Shown in pieces: positions 54,031 to 63,786 of a DNA stretch of 64,000 nucleotides (within the stretch, counting starts at the first letter, position 1; each line of letters opens with the position of its first letter). The DNA lies in assembly GCF_035299325.1 (NCBI RefSeq), contig NZ_DATGWT010000041.1:28709-92708 (forward strand), written 5' to 3'. Source of the stretch: Lacibacter sp. Its GTDB lineage: Bacteria > Bacteroidota > Bacteroidia > Chitinophagales > Chitinophagaceae. Made by a program: the position numbers and the translations under genes. The notes under the pieces are model-generated. The model saw only the letters and a list, made by a program, of their open reading frames with translations. It was not told where the DNA came from and did not search any database.

Positions 54031-55350
54031 TTATTTTTTTCGGTGAAAAATAAAATAGATCACGATAAAAGCCGCTAATATTCCCAGCCCGGTTAAGGCT
54101 GCAGAAGGATCAGCAATAGCAATACTTGTACCTACAAATAAATAAGCGGCAATAAAGATGAGTGGCATCAACGGAAACAGTTTCATTTTATAAATACCTG
54201 TACCATCTAAATGCTTTGTCTTTCTGCGGAACCAGAATATGGTAGCACTGCTCAACACCATCCCGAAGCAATCAAGAAAAATAGTGAAGGCCAATATCTT
54301 TTCAAACTCCTGTGCAAAGAATAAGATGATAATGCAAATGGCAGCAAACACCGTTAGTGAAAATGTGAGCACATTTGTTTTTTCATTTTGCTTCGCAAAC
54401 ACTTTCGGCAAACTTCCATCATCGCCCATTGCATACATCACCCGTGGATTGCTCATGAGCAATCCGTTTACATAAGCCAATACACCCAAAAATAAAAAGG
54501 CAGAGAAAACAGTAGCACCTGTTGATCCGAATATTTTATCGATCACTACGTATGCAATTTCACGTTCGCCTTTCATTTGTTGAAAGCCTACCAGGTTGTA
54601 ATAACTCATGTTCACGAGTAAATACAAACCAATGATGATAGCAATACCCATGAAGATACCACGTGGAATATTTTTCGTTGGATTCTGCACTTCATTTCCG
54701 AAGTTGATGGTTTGCTGGTAACCGCCATAAGTAAAGGAAACTGCGATCAAACTCACGCCAAGACTTTTGATCCAATCCATGTTGCTGAATGTTGTTACGG
54801 CAGTGGTTGTTTCCTGCACTGCATATTTATCGGGAAAGAATAAAGCAGCGATCAATACCAATATCATCCCGATCTTGATGATCATTAAAATATTCTGCGC
54901 CATGGAACTCAATTTTAATCCACGCAGATTAATTAAATAAAAAACAGCGATGGCCACACAACTCACCAATGCTTTATGTATATCTGTCCATTCACCGGGA
55001 AATAGTTTTAACAGATACCCGCTGCCGATCAATGCCACACCACTTAAACTTGCTGCGTTACTAACTAAGATCAAACAGTTAATTGCAAAGGCAATACTGG
55101 GGTGATAGGCTTGTGCAAACACTTTGTAGTAACCACCTGTTACGGGAAAACGGCTGCCGATCTCTGCATACGTTAAGGCACCACACAAAGCCACCAAACC
55201 ACCAATAAGCCAGGCACTGAAATAAACCGATGGATCAATGGCATCTTTTGCACTCGTAGCTGCTGTACGGAAAATACCCATACCGATCACCAGACCCACT
55301 ACGATCATAGTGAAGGAAAACAGGTTGAGTTTGTTGGTTGAAGTTTTCAT
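54031..55350 (-). CDS. APC-family amino acid permease
   Basis: It has about 12 TM helices. The N-terminal MIVVGLVIGMGIF and AEIGSRFPVTGGYY motifs are typical of APC transporters. Confidence 0.8.
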   Translation of the reverse strand: MKTSTNKLNLFSFTMIVVGLVIGMGIFRTAATSAKDAIDPSVYFSAWLIGGLVALCGALTYAEIGSRFPVTGGYYKVFAQAYHPSIAFAINCLILVSNAASLSGVALIGSGYLLKLFPGEWTDIHKALVSCVAIAVFYLINLRGLKLSSMAQNILMIIKIGMILVLIAALFFPDKYAVQETTTAVTTFSNMDWIKSLGVSLIAVSFTYGGYQQTINFGNEVQNPTKNIPRGIFMGIAIIIGLYLLVNMSYYNLVGFQQMKGEREIAYVVIDKIFGSTGATVFSAFLFLGVLAYVNGLLMSNPRVMYAMGDDGSLPKVFAKQNEKTNVLTFSLTVFAAICIIILFFAQEFEKILAFTIFLDCFGMVLSSATIFWFRRKTKHLDGTGIYKMKLFPLMPLIFIAAYLFVGTSIAIADPSAALTGLGILAAFIVIYFIFHRKK

Positions 55351-55446
55351 GCTTTTTCTTCTAGCGATGAAGATAGTTTTTCTTTCAACTCATTCTTTTA
55401 AAAAAAACATGAAAGGCAAACCCGGAATGTCTGTAATTTTAGGGCG

Positions 55447-57516
55447 ATGAAGAACCAATCACTAACCCTGCTTGCAACAGTAGTTGCACTTTTCTCATTT
55501 GCACAGTCACAACCCGACTCCAGTTCCAAAGAATTAGGCGAAGTCGTTATTACAGCGTTTGAACAGAACCGTAAGCTTATGGATGTTCCTGCAGCTATCA
55601 GTTATGTGGGCCAAAAACAATTGAACCGTTTCAGTAATGCATCCATTGTTCCTGCTTTGAATGCTGCACCCGGTGTACGCATGGAAGAACGCAGTCCCGG
55701 CAGCTACCGTTTAAATATTCGTGGCAGTTCACTGCGTTCGCCCTTTGGTGTGCGCAATGTAAAAGTTTACCTCAACGATATTCCGTTTACCGAACCTGGC
55801 GGTTCCACTTATTTAAACCTGTTGGGTTTTTATAATATCAACTCGGTTGAAGTATTAAAAGGACCATCCGGCAGTTTGTATGGTGGTGGTAGCGGTGGTG
55901 CTGTGTTATTGAAAACAAATGGCAACAATCAACCTGTAGGGGTGGGTATTGATTATACGGGTGGCAGTTTTGGTTTGAGTAATGTAAATGCGGTTGTTCA
56001 TATTGGCGAAGGTGCCACGCAACAAACCATCAGCTATAATCGATTACACAGTGACGGTTATCGTGACTGGACAAAACTCGACCGCTCGGTGTTTAGCTGG
56101 GACAGCCGTTTTGCACTGAACGAAAAACAAAGCATCCGCACTTACGTGATGTATGCTGATCTTTCCTACCAAACGCCCGGCGGATTAACTGCTGTTGAGT
56201 TTGCTAACAATCCAAGACAGGCAAGACCAAGAGTGGGTCCTACTCCTTCCAGCGCACAAGCCAATGCAAGTGTGAACCAGGAAACATTCTTTGCAGGATT
56301 GAGTCATGATTTCCAGATCACGGAAACATTTAAGAATACGACATCTTTATATGGTGCTTACTCACAGTTTGCGAATCCAACTGTTCGCAACTTCGAACGC
56401 CGCAGCGAACCACATGCCGGAGGAAGAACAGTTTTTGCTTTTACTCCACGTAATGTAATGGGTGAATTAAAATTTGTTGCCGGTGCCGAACTGCAACGAG
56501 GCTGGTATAACATTCGTGTTTATAAAAATGTAAACGGCACAAGCGATAGTCTGCAAACAGAAGACGAAGTGAATCCATTCTTATGGAATGTATTTGCACA
56601 AGCCGATTGGAAATTACCACAAGGCTGGATCATTACTGCAGGTGCAAGCATTAACCAGAATAAGATCGAGATCATTAGATTGAATAAATTCCCCTTGAGT
56701 CCGCAACGCAGAACGTATGATAATGAAATTGCACCACGGCTTTCTGTATTGAAAAAGATCAGAGAAGAATTGTCCGTGTATGCATCTGTTGCCAAAGGAT
56801 TCTCTGCCCCCACTTCTGCAGAGGTTTTGCCTTCAACAGGTGTAATCTCTACCAACCTTAATGCAGAAGAAGGCTGGAACTACGAAGCCGGTATCCGTTT
56901 CAACTACAAACGCAAACTGTTTATAGATGTAAATGGATTTCTCTTTAACCTCAGTAATACCATTGTGCAACGCAGAGATGGAGGCGGTGCCGACTTTTTT
57001 GTGAATGCAGGTAGTACAAGGCAACGTGGTGTGGAAACATTTGCCCGTTATGCCATTGCAGATAGCGAAACAGATTTTCTTTCAACAGCGAATGTTTGGT
57101 TGAGTTATACCTACAATGATTTTACGTACAAAGATTTTAAACAACTCACAAACGATTTCAGCGGCAAACAATTACCAAGTGTACCAACACATATTGTTGC
57201 GGCCGGAGTTGATATAACACTGAAGCCCGGTATTTATCTCAACGTTACTTATAATTACAATGAGAAAACGCCTTTGAATGATGCCAATACATTTTATGGC
57301 GGCGATTTTCATTTGTTGGGTGCAAGACTTGGTTACAAACAAATCTACTTTGGAAAACTGCGTGCTGAAGTATTTGTTGGTGCTGATAATCTTTTTAATG
57401 AAACCTACAGTTTAGGAAATGACATTAATGCAGCAGCTAACCGTTTTTACAACGTAGCAGCGGGAAGGAATTATTATGCAGGGATTTCTGTTTTTCAGGG
57501 ATATAAAAAGAAGTAA
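55447..57516 (+). CDS. TonB-dependent receptor
   Basis: It has a signal peptide, a plug domain (VVITAFEQNRKLMDVPAAISYV...VEVLKGPSGSLYGGGSGGAV), and a barrel of about 22 strands. Confidence 0.85.
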   Translation: MKNQSLTLLATVVALFSFAQSQPDSSSKELGEVVITAFEQNRKLMDVPAAISYVGQKQLNRFSNASIVPALNAAPGVRMEERSPGSYRLNIRGSSLRSPFGVRNVKVYLNDIPFTEPGGSTYLNLLGFYNINSVEVLKGPSGSLYGGGSGGAVLLKTNGNNQPVGVGIDYTGGSFGLSNVNAVVHIGEGATQQTISYNRLHSDGYRDWTKLDRSVFSWDSRFALNEKQSIRTYVMYADLSYQTPGGLTAVEFANNPRQARPRVGPTPSSAQANASVNQETFFAGLSHDFQITETFKNTTSLYGAYSQFANPTVRNFERRSEPHAGGRTVFAFTPRNVMGELKFVAGAELQRGWYNIRVYKNVNGTSDSLQTEDEVNPFLWNVFAQADWKLPQGWIITAGASINQNKIEIIRLNKFPLSPQRRTYDNEIAPRLSVLKKIREELSVYASVAKGFSAPTSAEVLPSTGVISTNLNAEEGWNYEAGIRFNYKRKLFIDVNGFLFNLSNTIVQRRDGGGADFFVNAGSTRQRGVETFARYAIADSETDFLSTANVWLSYTYNDFTYKDFKQLTNDFSGKQLPSVPTHIVAAGVDITLKPGIYLNVTYNYNEKTPLNDANTFYGGDFHLLGARLGYKQIYFGKLRAEVFVGADNLFNETYSLGNDINAAANRFYNVAAGRNYYAGISVFQGYKKK

Positions 57517-57606
57517 CTGAATTTTATTTCATAGTATGAAATTGGAGAGATACCAACAGATAAGGTAGTTGCATCCATAAACTAAGCAGTTCAATCCCAA
57601 CTCATC

Positions 57607-58062
57607 TTACCAAATATCTCCCTGGTAAACTTCTGCTTCTTCACGCCAGGTAGCATAAGAATTTTTTGTTTCGTACAAACGCAGTTCAACGAGTTTCATA
57701 TCATCGGGCAACTCATCCTGTACAGCACGCTTAATAAAGAGCAATAAATTTTCAGCGGTGGGTTCCGCATCCCATGCAACAAGATTTTCCTGCTCGGTTA
57801 CTTCAGGATGTTTCGCAATATAACTGTGCGATAAAACCAGTTTATGATCGAAAAGATCCACCACTGCTTTTTGTACAATTTGCTTAAGGTCTTTAAAGTC
57901 GAGCAGAAAACCGGGAGCAGGTAAATATGCATTTTCATTTACCAACGAACCAACCGTTACATGCAGTTCATACGAATGTCCGTGAATATTTTTACACATG
58001 CCGTTATAACCATCAATGGCATGCGCCGTTTCAAAATCGAAGATCTTTGTGAGTAATAACAT
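57607..58062 (-). CDS. queD: 6-carboxytetrahydropterin synthase / 6-pyruvoyl-tetrahydropterin synthase family
   Basis: FDFETAHAIDGYNGMCKNIHGHSYELHVTV matches the QueD/PTPS signature (F.F.AAH...C...HGH.Y). The start was moved to the internal Met (MLLLTKIF), giving a typical size of about 150 aa. Confidence 0.75.
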   Translation of the reverse strand: MLLLTKIFDFETAHAIDGYNGMCKNIHGHSYELHVTVGSLVNENAYLPAPGFLLDFKDLKQIVQKAVVDLFDHKLVLSHSYIAKHPEVTEQENLVAWDAEPTAENLLLFIKRAVQDELPDDMKLVELRLYETKNSYATWREEAEVYQGDIW

Positions 58063-58338
58063 ATGCGCTGATTGAGGCGCAAAATTATCAGGAGTTACTT
58101 TTATCAACGATTTTCTTCCACTGATGTTCATCAGTTTCAAGACGAATGATCATCATTAAATGCACACTTTCCAATATTACAATTCCACAACTGTCAGCAA
58201 TGCACTGTTACTCAGGCACTCATCCACATGTAAACATTTGTTGCCAATGCCAGTTTGTAAAACGATACCTTTAAAGGTAAAATTGTGCAAATCAAACAAG
58301 TCCTTAACAGCAAGGCCATCAACGAAACCAAATAAAGT

Positions 58339-58899
58339 ATGAAGATTTATATAAGAAACATGGCCTGCGAAAGCTGCAAGGTTGTTGTGCGGGAAGCATT
58401 GGAAGATCTTGACTTATCGCCCATAAAAGTAGAATTAGGCGAAATTGAAACGAGAGAAGATGTTACTGATGAAGACAAAGTGAAACTGAACAGTAAAATA
58501 AAAGCAGTTGGATTGGAATTGCTGGAAAAGAAAAGTGGGGTGTTAATTGAAAAGATCAGGAAAGAGATCGTAGACTATGTTTATAATTCCGATGAGAAAC
58601 CGGATATTAAATTATCTGAATTACTCAGTAAAAAATTACATTACAGTTACACCTACCTGGCTAATTTTTTCTCTGAAGTAGAGGCTACTACCATTGAACA
58701 ATATGTGATCGCATTAAAAATTGAACGGATAAAAGAGCTGATCATTTTTGGAGAAGATACTTTTGCAGAAATAGCTTACAAACTGCATTACAGCAGTGCT
58801 GCACATTTATCAACACAATTTAAAAAGGCAACTGGTTTAACGCCATCGCATTTTAAAGCACTAAAAGAGAAAAGAAGAATAACTATTCAGAATATTTAA
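58339..58899 (+). CDS. AraC-family regulator with N-terminal heavy-metal-associated (HMA)-like domain
   Basis: The N-terminal IYIRNMACESCKVVVREALEDL carries an MxCxxC HMA motif. The C-terminal AraC HTH is IAYKLHYSSAAHLSTQFKKATGLTPSHFK. Confidence 0.65.
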   Translation: MKIYIRNMACESCKVVVREALEDLDLSPIKVELGEIETREDVTDEDKVKLNSKIKAVGLELLEKKSGVLIEKIRKEIVDYVYNSDEKPDIKLSELLSKKLHYSYTYLANFFSEVEATTIEQYVIALKIERIKELIIFGEDTFAEIAYKLHYSSAAHLSTQFKKATGLTPSHFKALKEKRRITIQNI

Positions 58900-58965
58900 T
58901 AGGTTCTTCTCAACTCCATTATTTGCTTTATAAAAACACTCGTCTGAAAGAAACTCGCTGTAAGG

Positions 58966-59712
58966 TTACCGCACAGGCGGGCAATCCCAACTGTTTTTAC
59001 GACCGAAGCGATAAATCAATCCAACAGAAATATTGTAATAATGATCCTTTCGATCGGGGTTGGCTGCACGACTGAACCCATCTAAATAATCCGTAAACAA
59101 AAAACGATACGATGCTTCCGCATTTAACAGCAATGATGGAGAAATGGAATAACGCATACCTGCACCAACGGGCACTGCCGGTAAAAGCCGGGGTGTGCTT
59201 GCAGAAAGATCGGTTGCTAATTGCGTAAACAATTCCGGTTCGGCTTCAAAATAAACAGCATTGAAAGCACTTGCATCTCTTCTGATCCGCACCAAACTTA
59301 TTGCAGCACCGCCAAACAAATATGGCGATAGTTGTTTCCCCGCATCGCTCCAACCCAGCGGGCTCCATACAAGTTGCGGCGAGAGTTCAATTAATGAAGT
59401 GCGGAAATTAAAATTTCGTTGTTGACGATATGCAGGGTTGTTGTACTTCGCATCGTCACCATGCAATGATGCAATAGACAATTGTAAACGCAACGCCATT
59501 GTACGGTTCAACAGGCGAGACCCATGCAATACCAATCCGGGTCTGGTGGTTTTCCAGGAACCCAAACGGCTGGGTGCAAGATCACCTTGATAAACAAAAG
59601 CGCCTACACCGGCTCCAACTTCATACTTTGGTTGTTTGATTTGCGCCTGAACCTGCGTACACATACTGATTAGAACAACAATACACTTGCTGATGAAACG
59701 AATCATAAACAT
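58966..59712 (-). CDS. outer-membrane beta-barrel protein
   Basis: It has a signal peptide (VVLISMCTQVQAQ), an alternating strand pattern, and aromatic-rich strand ends (GLIYRFG). Confidence 0.5.
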   Translation of the reverse strand: MFMIRFISKCIVVLISMCTQVQAQIKQPKYEVGAGVGAFVYQGDLAPSRLGSWKTTRPGLVLHGSRLLNRTMALRLQLSIASLHGDDAKYNNPAYRQQRNFNFRTSLIELSPQLVWSPLGWSDAGKQLSPYLFGGAAISLVRIRRDASAFNAVYFEAEPELFTQLATDLSASTPRLLPAVPVGAGMRYSISPSLLLNAEASYRFLFTDYLDGFSRAANPDRKDHYYNISVGLIYRFGRKNSWDCPPVR

Positions 59713-59949
59713 TGGTTTAAGTGGTAACGATCAATGTTTCTGATAAGCACTGTTTGGAAACTTTCGAATAGAGAGAGATCGGCAGGTTGCAGTATTAACG
59801 AAGCATCATTTGTGGGCGTATATGTCAATTGTTAAATTCATGCGAAGAGAAAGCGCTTCAATTTATATCTGTCTACTTATTTATTCAGATGCCATGTGAA
59901 CAATTCAACAGAAACAAATTTGCAACTGCACAGCTGCTCCCCTACTTTT

Positions 59950-60195
59950 GCTCCTGTAGCGGTTTCCGGCGTTCATAGCCGGAATTAAAAGGGAAGTCCG
60001 GTGTAAATCCGGCGCTATCCCCGTAGCTGTAAGTTCTACTAATGAGTAATCAGTAATGAATAATGAGTAAAGCAGTTCTGCACTTATTATTCATCACTAA
60101 TTCTGCTGATTCTACATACCACTGTTGTTGAAAGGTGTTTGCCACATCAACGGGAAGGTGTTCAGCAGCGAACGAGCCAGAAGACCTGCCGGTAC
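59950..60195 (+). promoter_or_regulatory. cobalamin (B12) riboswitch
   Basis: The core AAAAGGGAAGTCCGGTGTAAATCCGGCGCTATCCCCGTAGCTGTAAG (59986-60032) is followed by CCACTG...CGGGAAGG...AGCCAGAAGACCTGCC (60119-60190), which includes the B12 box. It lies upstream of a TonB-dependent receptor gene. Confidence 0.85.
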
Positions 60196-60309
60196 AGATT
60201 AACAATCATTTGCTTTCGGGTGAAAGGCAGGAGATGTAACGGCTCGTTAGCTTTTATATTTTCTATTTCTTTTTCTGAAAGCAGTCACAACAAACCCTTT
60301 TTTCAACTC

Positions 60310-62160
60310 ATGAAAAAGAATTTATTTGTAGTGGCTGCCGGATTATTTATCAGCAGTCAACTAAATGCACAGGACAGTACAGTAAAATCATTGAATGAAG
60401 TAGTGATTACCGCCAACAAGGTAAACCAGAAACTGCTTGAAACAGGAAAGGTCACTACTGTCATCAATCGTAAAACTATTGAACAGAGTTCAGGGAAAGA
60501 TCTTGCACAGCTTTTAACCGAACAGGCCGGCATTGTAGTTAATGGTGCTACCAGTAATCCCGGTAAAGACAAAAGTATTTTTATGCGTGGTGCAGGCAAT
60601 GGTTATACTGTCATTTTAATTGATGGTATTCCTGTAAATGATCCATCCTTCTCAGGTGCATTTGATCTGCGCTTACTTCCCATCGACCAGATCGAACGTA
60701 TTGAAATTGTAAAAGGTGCACAGTCTACCAACTATGGTTCCGATGCTGTGGCCGGTGTTATCAATATCATCTCAAAACGTGGTGCATCAAAACCCGCACA
60801 GCTATATGGAACTGCTGCAGCAGGTTCTTTTGATACATATAAATTCACAGCAGGTGTGCGTGGTACCGCTGAAAAAGTAAACTACAATTTCTCGTACTCA
60901 CACAACGAATCAAAAGGTATTTCAGAAGCAGTTGACAAAACCGGTACTGGCAATTTTGATAAAGATGGTTTCCTGAACAATGCGCTTAATTTTAGTGTAG
61001 ATGCGCCGGTAACAAAAAATATCCGCTTACAACCATTTACACGTTACAGTTATTTTCAGGGCGGTTACGATGACGGTTCGTTTTCTGATGCTGCTAATAA
61101 CTATACCTCATCTTTGTTTACAGCGGGTTCTGCTGTTGAAGTAAAAACAGAAAAAGCCGGTGGTCGTGCATACTTCAGTTACGATGAAATGGATCGCACC
61201 TATAACAGCGAAGCATGGGGACCTTCCTCTTACAAAGGCACCAATAAAATTATTGACCTGTTTGCTTACTATCAAATTGCACCGAAAGTAAAATTGCTGG
61301 CAGGTGTTGATAACCGTTACCAGAAGAATCTTGATTCAAACGTTCACATCAATAGTCCTTACCTGAGTGTATTCCTCCAAAATCTGGGCAACTTTTACCT
61401 TGAAGCAGGTGCACGTTATAACAAACATTCAAAGTATGGTAACAACTTTACTTACAGCATCAACCCATCTTATGTGTTGAATGAAAACACAAAGCTGTTT
61501 GTGAATTACGCTACCGCATTTCGTGCGCCGGGCATTAGTGCATTGTATGGTGCATGGGGTGCAAATCCTGAACTGAAGCCTGAACATTCACAAACATTTG
61601 AAGCAGGTGTGCAAAGTTCTTTATTGAACGATAAAATAAGTGTACGTGCCGTTTACTTCAACCGTCATAACAAAGATGTCATCATCTATACATCGAAATA
61701 CGAGAACTATGATAAGCAGGATGACTATGGTTTTGAATTGGAGCCAACCATTCAGTTCAATAAAAAATTAAAATTAACCGCTTACTACAGCTTCCTCGAT
61801 GGAGAAGTAACTACTAAAGCCGCAGGTGGAAAAGATACCAGCTACTTTAATTTGCTGCGTCGCCCAAAACATTCATTTGGTGCAACGATCGGTTACCAGG
61901 TTACCCCTTCATTTTTTGTAAGTACAAATGTTTACAACTATGGTAAGCGTACCGATATGGATTTCGGAACATGGCCTTCAACACAGGTAAACCTCGATAG
62001 CTACTTGCTGTGGGGCGTTCATGCAGAATACAGCTTTTTTAAAAACAAACTTGTTGTATTTGCCGATGGTAAAAATCTGTTGAATACAGATTATGTGGAA
62101 GTGCTGGGTTACAGTACCCCCGGTGCCAATTTTATGGGAGGAATTCGCTTTAATCTTTAA
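60310..62160 (+). CDS. btuB: TonB-dependent vitamin B12 receptor
   Basis: The ATG at 60310 gives the signal peptide MKKNLFVVAAGLFISSQLNAQ. It has a plug domain (VVITANK...IEIVKGAQSTNYGSDAVAGVINI) and a barrel ending in GGIRFNL. It lies directly downstream of the cobalamin riboswitch. Confidence 0.85.
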   Translation: MKKNLFVVAAGLFISSQLNAQDSTVKSLNEVVITANKVNQKLLETGKVTTVINRKTIEQSSGKDLAQLLTEQAGIVVNGATSNPGKDKSIFMRGAGNGYTVILIDGIPVNDPSFSGAFDLRLLPIDQIERIEIVKGAQSTNYGSDAVAGVINIISKRGASKPAQLYGTAAAGSFDTYKFTAGVRGTAEKVNYNFSYSHNESKGISEAVDKTGTGNFDKDGFLNNALNFSVDAPVTKNIRLQPFTRYSYFQGGYDDGSFSDAANNYTSSLFTAGSAVEVKTEKAGGRAYFSYDEMDRTYNSEAWGPSSYKGTNKIIDLFAYYQIAPKVKLLAGVDNRYQKNLDSNVHINSPYLSVFLQNLGNFYLEAGARYNKHSKYGNNFTYSINPSYVLNENTKLFVNYATAFRAPGISALYGAWGANPELKPEHSQTFEAGVQSSLLNDKISVRAVYFNRHNKDVIIYTSKYENYDKQDDYGFELEPTIQFNKKLKLTAYYSFLDGEVTTKAAGGKDTSYFNLLRRPKHSFGATIGYQVTPSFFVSTNVYNYGKRTDMDFGTWPSTQVNLDSYLLWGVHAEYSFFKNKLVVFADGKNLLNTDYVEVLGYSTPGANFMGGIRFNL

Positions 62161-62166
62161 TAATCA

Positions 62167-62212
62167 GTGATGAGTAATGAGTGATTAATTGAATACACTC
62201 ATTACTCATCAT
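62167..62212. repeat. long inverted repeat hairpin (gtgatgagtaatgagtg / cactcattactcatcat), possible terminator or attenuator
   Basis: A 16-17-bp stem lies 7 nt after the btuB stop. It shares the motif (t)aatgagtaat with the hairpin inside the riboswitch (60041-60098). Confidence 0.55.
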
Positions 62213-62228
62213 TCATAACTCTTCAACT

Positions 62229-62819
62229 ATGTCTGCACAAAAAATTAATCCCCGATTTGCAATCCTGGCAATTATTATGATTGCAGTGGCGGCCTTACGT
62301 ATTCCCAATGCAGCACAGCTTGGGCCATTGAGTAATTTTACACCAATTGGCGCCATGGGCTTGTTTGGTGCAGCTTACTTTAGTAAAAGCTGGAAAGCGT
62401 TTGGTTTCCCATTGTTCACATTACTTGCAAGTGATCTCATTATAAATATCTTCGTTTACAATGGACAGTACGGCATCATGTATGGAAGCTGGTATTGGGT
62501 GTATGGTGGTTTTGTGGCAATTGTATTACTTGGAAGATTATTCATCAAAAAAGTTTCAGTAACATCTGTTTTGCTAACCGGTATTGGGTCAACATTAGTT
62601 TACTGGTTGATTGTTGATTTTGGTGTATTCCTGTTTGGCTGTACTGATATTACAACAGGACAAACGATGGATCACAGCTTTGCAAGTTTAATCAAATGTT
62701 ATGCACAAGGTGCGCCTTACATGAAAAACTTTTTGATCGGCACGTTGCTTTACAGCAGTATTATGTTTGGTGCTTTTGAATGGATGAAATCAAAAAACAG
62801 TTTCTTGCAGTTAGCATAA
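62229..62819 (+). CDS. membrane protein of the B12 locus (DUF6580-like putative transporter component)
   Basis: It has five to six TM helices. The N-terminal pattern is RFAILAIIMIAVAALRIPNAAQLGPLSNFTPIGAMGLFGAAYF. It is co-oriented in the riboswitch-controlled locus. Confidence 0.55.
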   Translation: MSAQKINPRFAILAIIMIAVAALRIPNAAQLGPLSNFTPIGAMGLFGAAYFSKSWKAFGFPLFTLLASDLIINIFVYNGQYGIMYGSWYWVYGGFVAIVLLGRLFIKKVSVTSVLLTGIGSTLVYWLIVDFGVFLFGCTDITTGQTMDHSFASLIKCYAQGAPYMKNFLIGTLLYSSIMFGAFEWMKSKNSFLQLA

Positions 62820-62850
62820 CCATTAACCATTTAACCTTATTCAATTCATC

Positions 62851-63786
62851 ATGAAAGCATGCTCCTTTTTACCTGCTGCTACGCAAATGATCTACGACAT
62901 GGGTTTGCAAAATTTGCTACATGGCGTTACGTTTGAATGTCCCGCTACGGCTTTGAAAGAAAAACAAAAAGTAGTGCGTTGCGTAATGGAAGGAAAAAAC
63001 TACAGCAGCGAAGAGATCGATAAAATATTTTCTGCCAGCAAATCACAAGGCAAGAGTTTATATTATGTTGATGAAGTTGTATTGCAAAACATACAACCCG
63101 ATGTAATTTTCACACAGGATGTATGTGAAGTATGCCAGATCGATACTGCCTGTACAGCAGCGGCCGTTGCAAACCTTGAAAAACAACCAACAATTATTGC
63201 ATTAACACCGCAAACGCTTGACGATGTATACTATACAGCTGTAACGATTGCAACAGCGTTGGGTCATGAATCTGCTGCTTATCATTACCTGGCAGGTTTG
63301 CAAAAAAGAACAACGCATATTCTTGATAAACTACGTCGTCATCAAATGCCTTTGAAGCGTGTGTTGTTGATGGAATGGATAGCACCTGTCTATAATTGTG
63401 GTCATTGGATCCCGTTCCAGGTAGCGCAGGCGGGTGGAATTGATATGCTCAGTAATCCCGGTGGCGACAGTATTGTTACTTCATGGGAAAAAATTGTAAG
63501 ATATAACCCGGAAATATTAGTGATTGCTCCCTGCGGTTTTCATGTGCAACGCAGCAAAGAAGAACTGCATCTCTTAGCTGAAAAACCGGAATGGCAACAA
63601 CTGGAAGCGGTTAAGAACAACGCCGTATTCATTTGTGACTACGATCTGTTCACACAACCATCTGCTTCAACATTGGTTGATGGTATTGAATTACTAGCTG
63701 CGTTATTCCATCCTTCGTTGTTTCGTGTACCCAAACATCTGCAAACAAAATTCTCTCACTTCTCAAACAGGCCAGCGCATGTGTAA
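62851..63786 (+). CDS. BtuF-like cobalamin/iron-complex binding protein (periplasmic-binding-protein fold) lacking a signal peptide
   Basis: It has PBP type-2 patterns (PDVIFTQD..., EILVIAPCGF). It begins directly with the conserved core (SFLPAATQMIYDMGL..LHGVTFEC), with no hydrophobic leader. Confidence 0.6.
   Translation: MKACSFLPAATQMIYDMGLQNLLHGVTFECPATALKEKQKVVRCVMEGKNYSSEEIDKIFSASKSQGKSLYYVDEVVLQNIQPDVIFTQDVCEVCQIDTACTAAAVANLEKQPTIIALTPQTLDDVYYTAVTIATALGHESAAYHYLAGLQKRTTHILDKLRRHQMPLKRVLLMEWIAPVYNCGHWIPFQVAQAGGIDMLSNPGGDSIVTSWEKIVRYNPEILVIAPCGFHVQRSKEELHLLAEKPEWQQLEAVKNNAVFICDYDLFTQPSASTLVDGIELLAALFHPSLFRVPKHLQTKFSHFSNRPAHV

Noticed and set aside
58063-58140. The 26-aa N-terminal extension of the queD-like ORF.
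   Set aside because: QueD/PTPS proteins begin a few residues before the F.F..AH motif. The extension has no counterpart in the family as far as I recall. This is a modest-confidence correction.
60139-60309. The long N-terminal extension of the btuB ORF starting at 60139.
   Set aside because: It overlaps the 3' half of the cobalamin riboswitch (the B12 box) and encodes Arg/Cys-rich junk. The ATG at 60310 gives a proper signal peptide.
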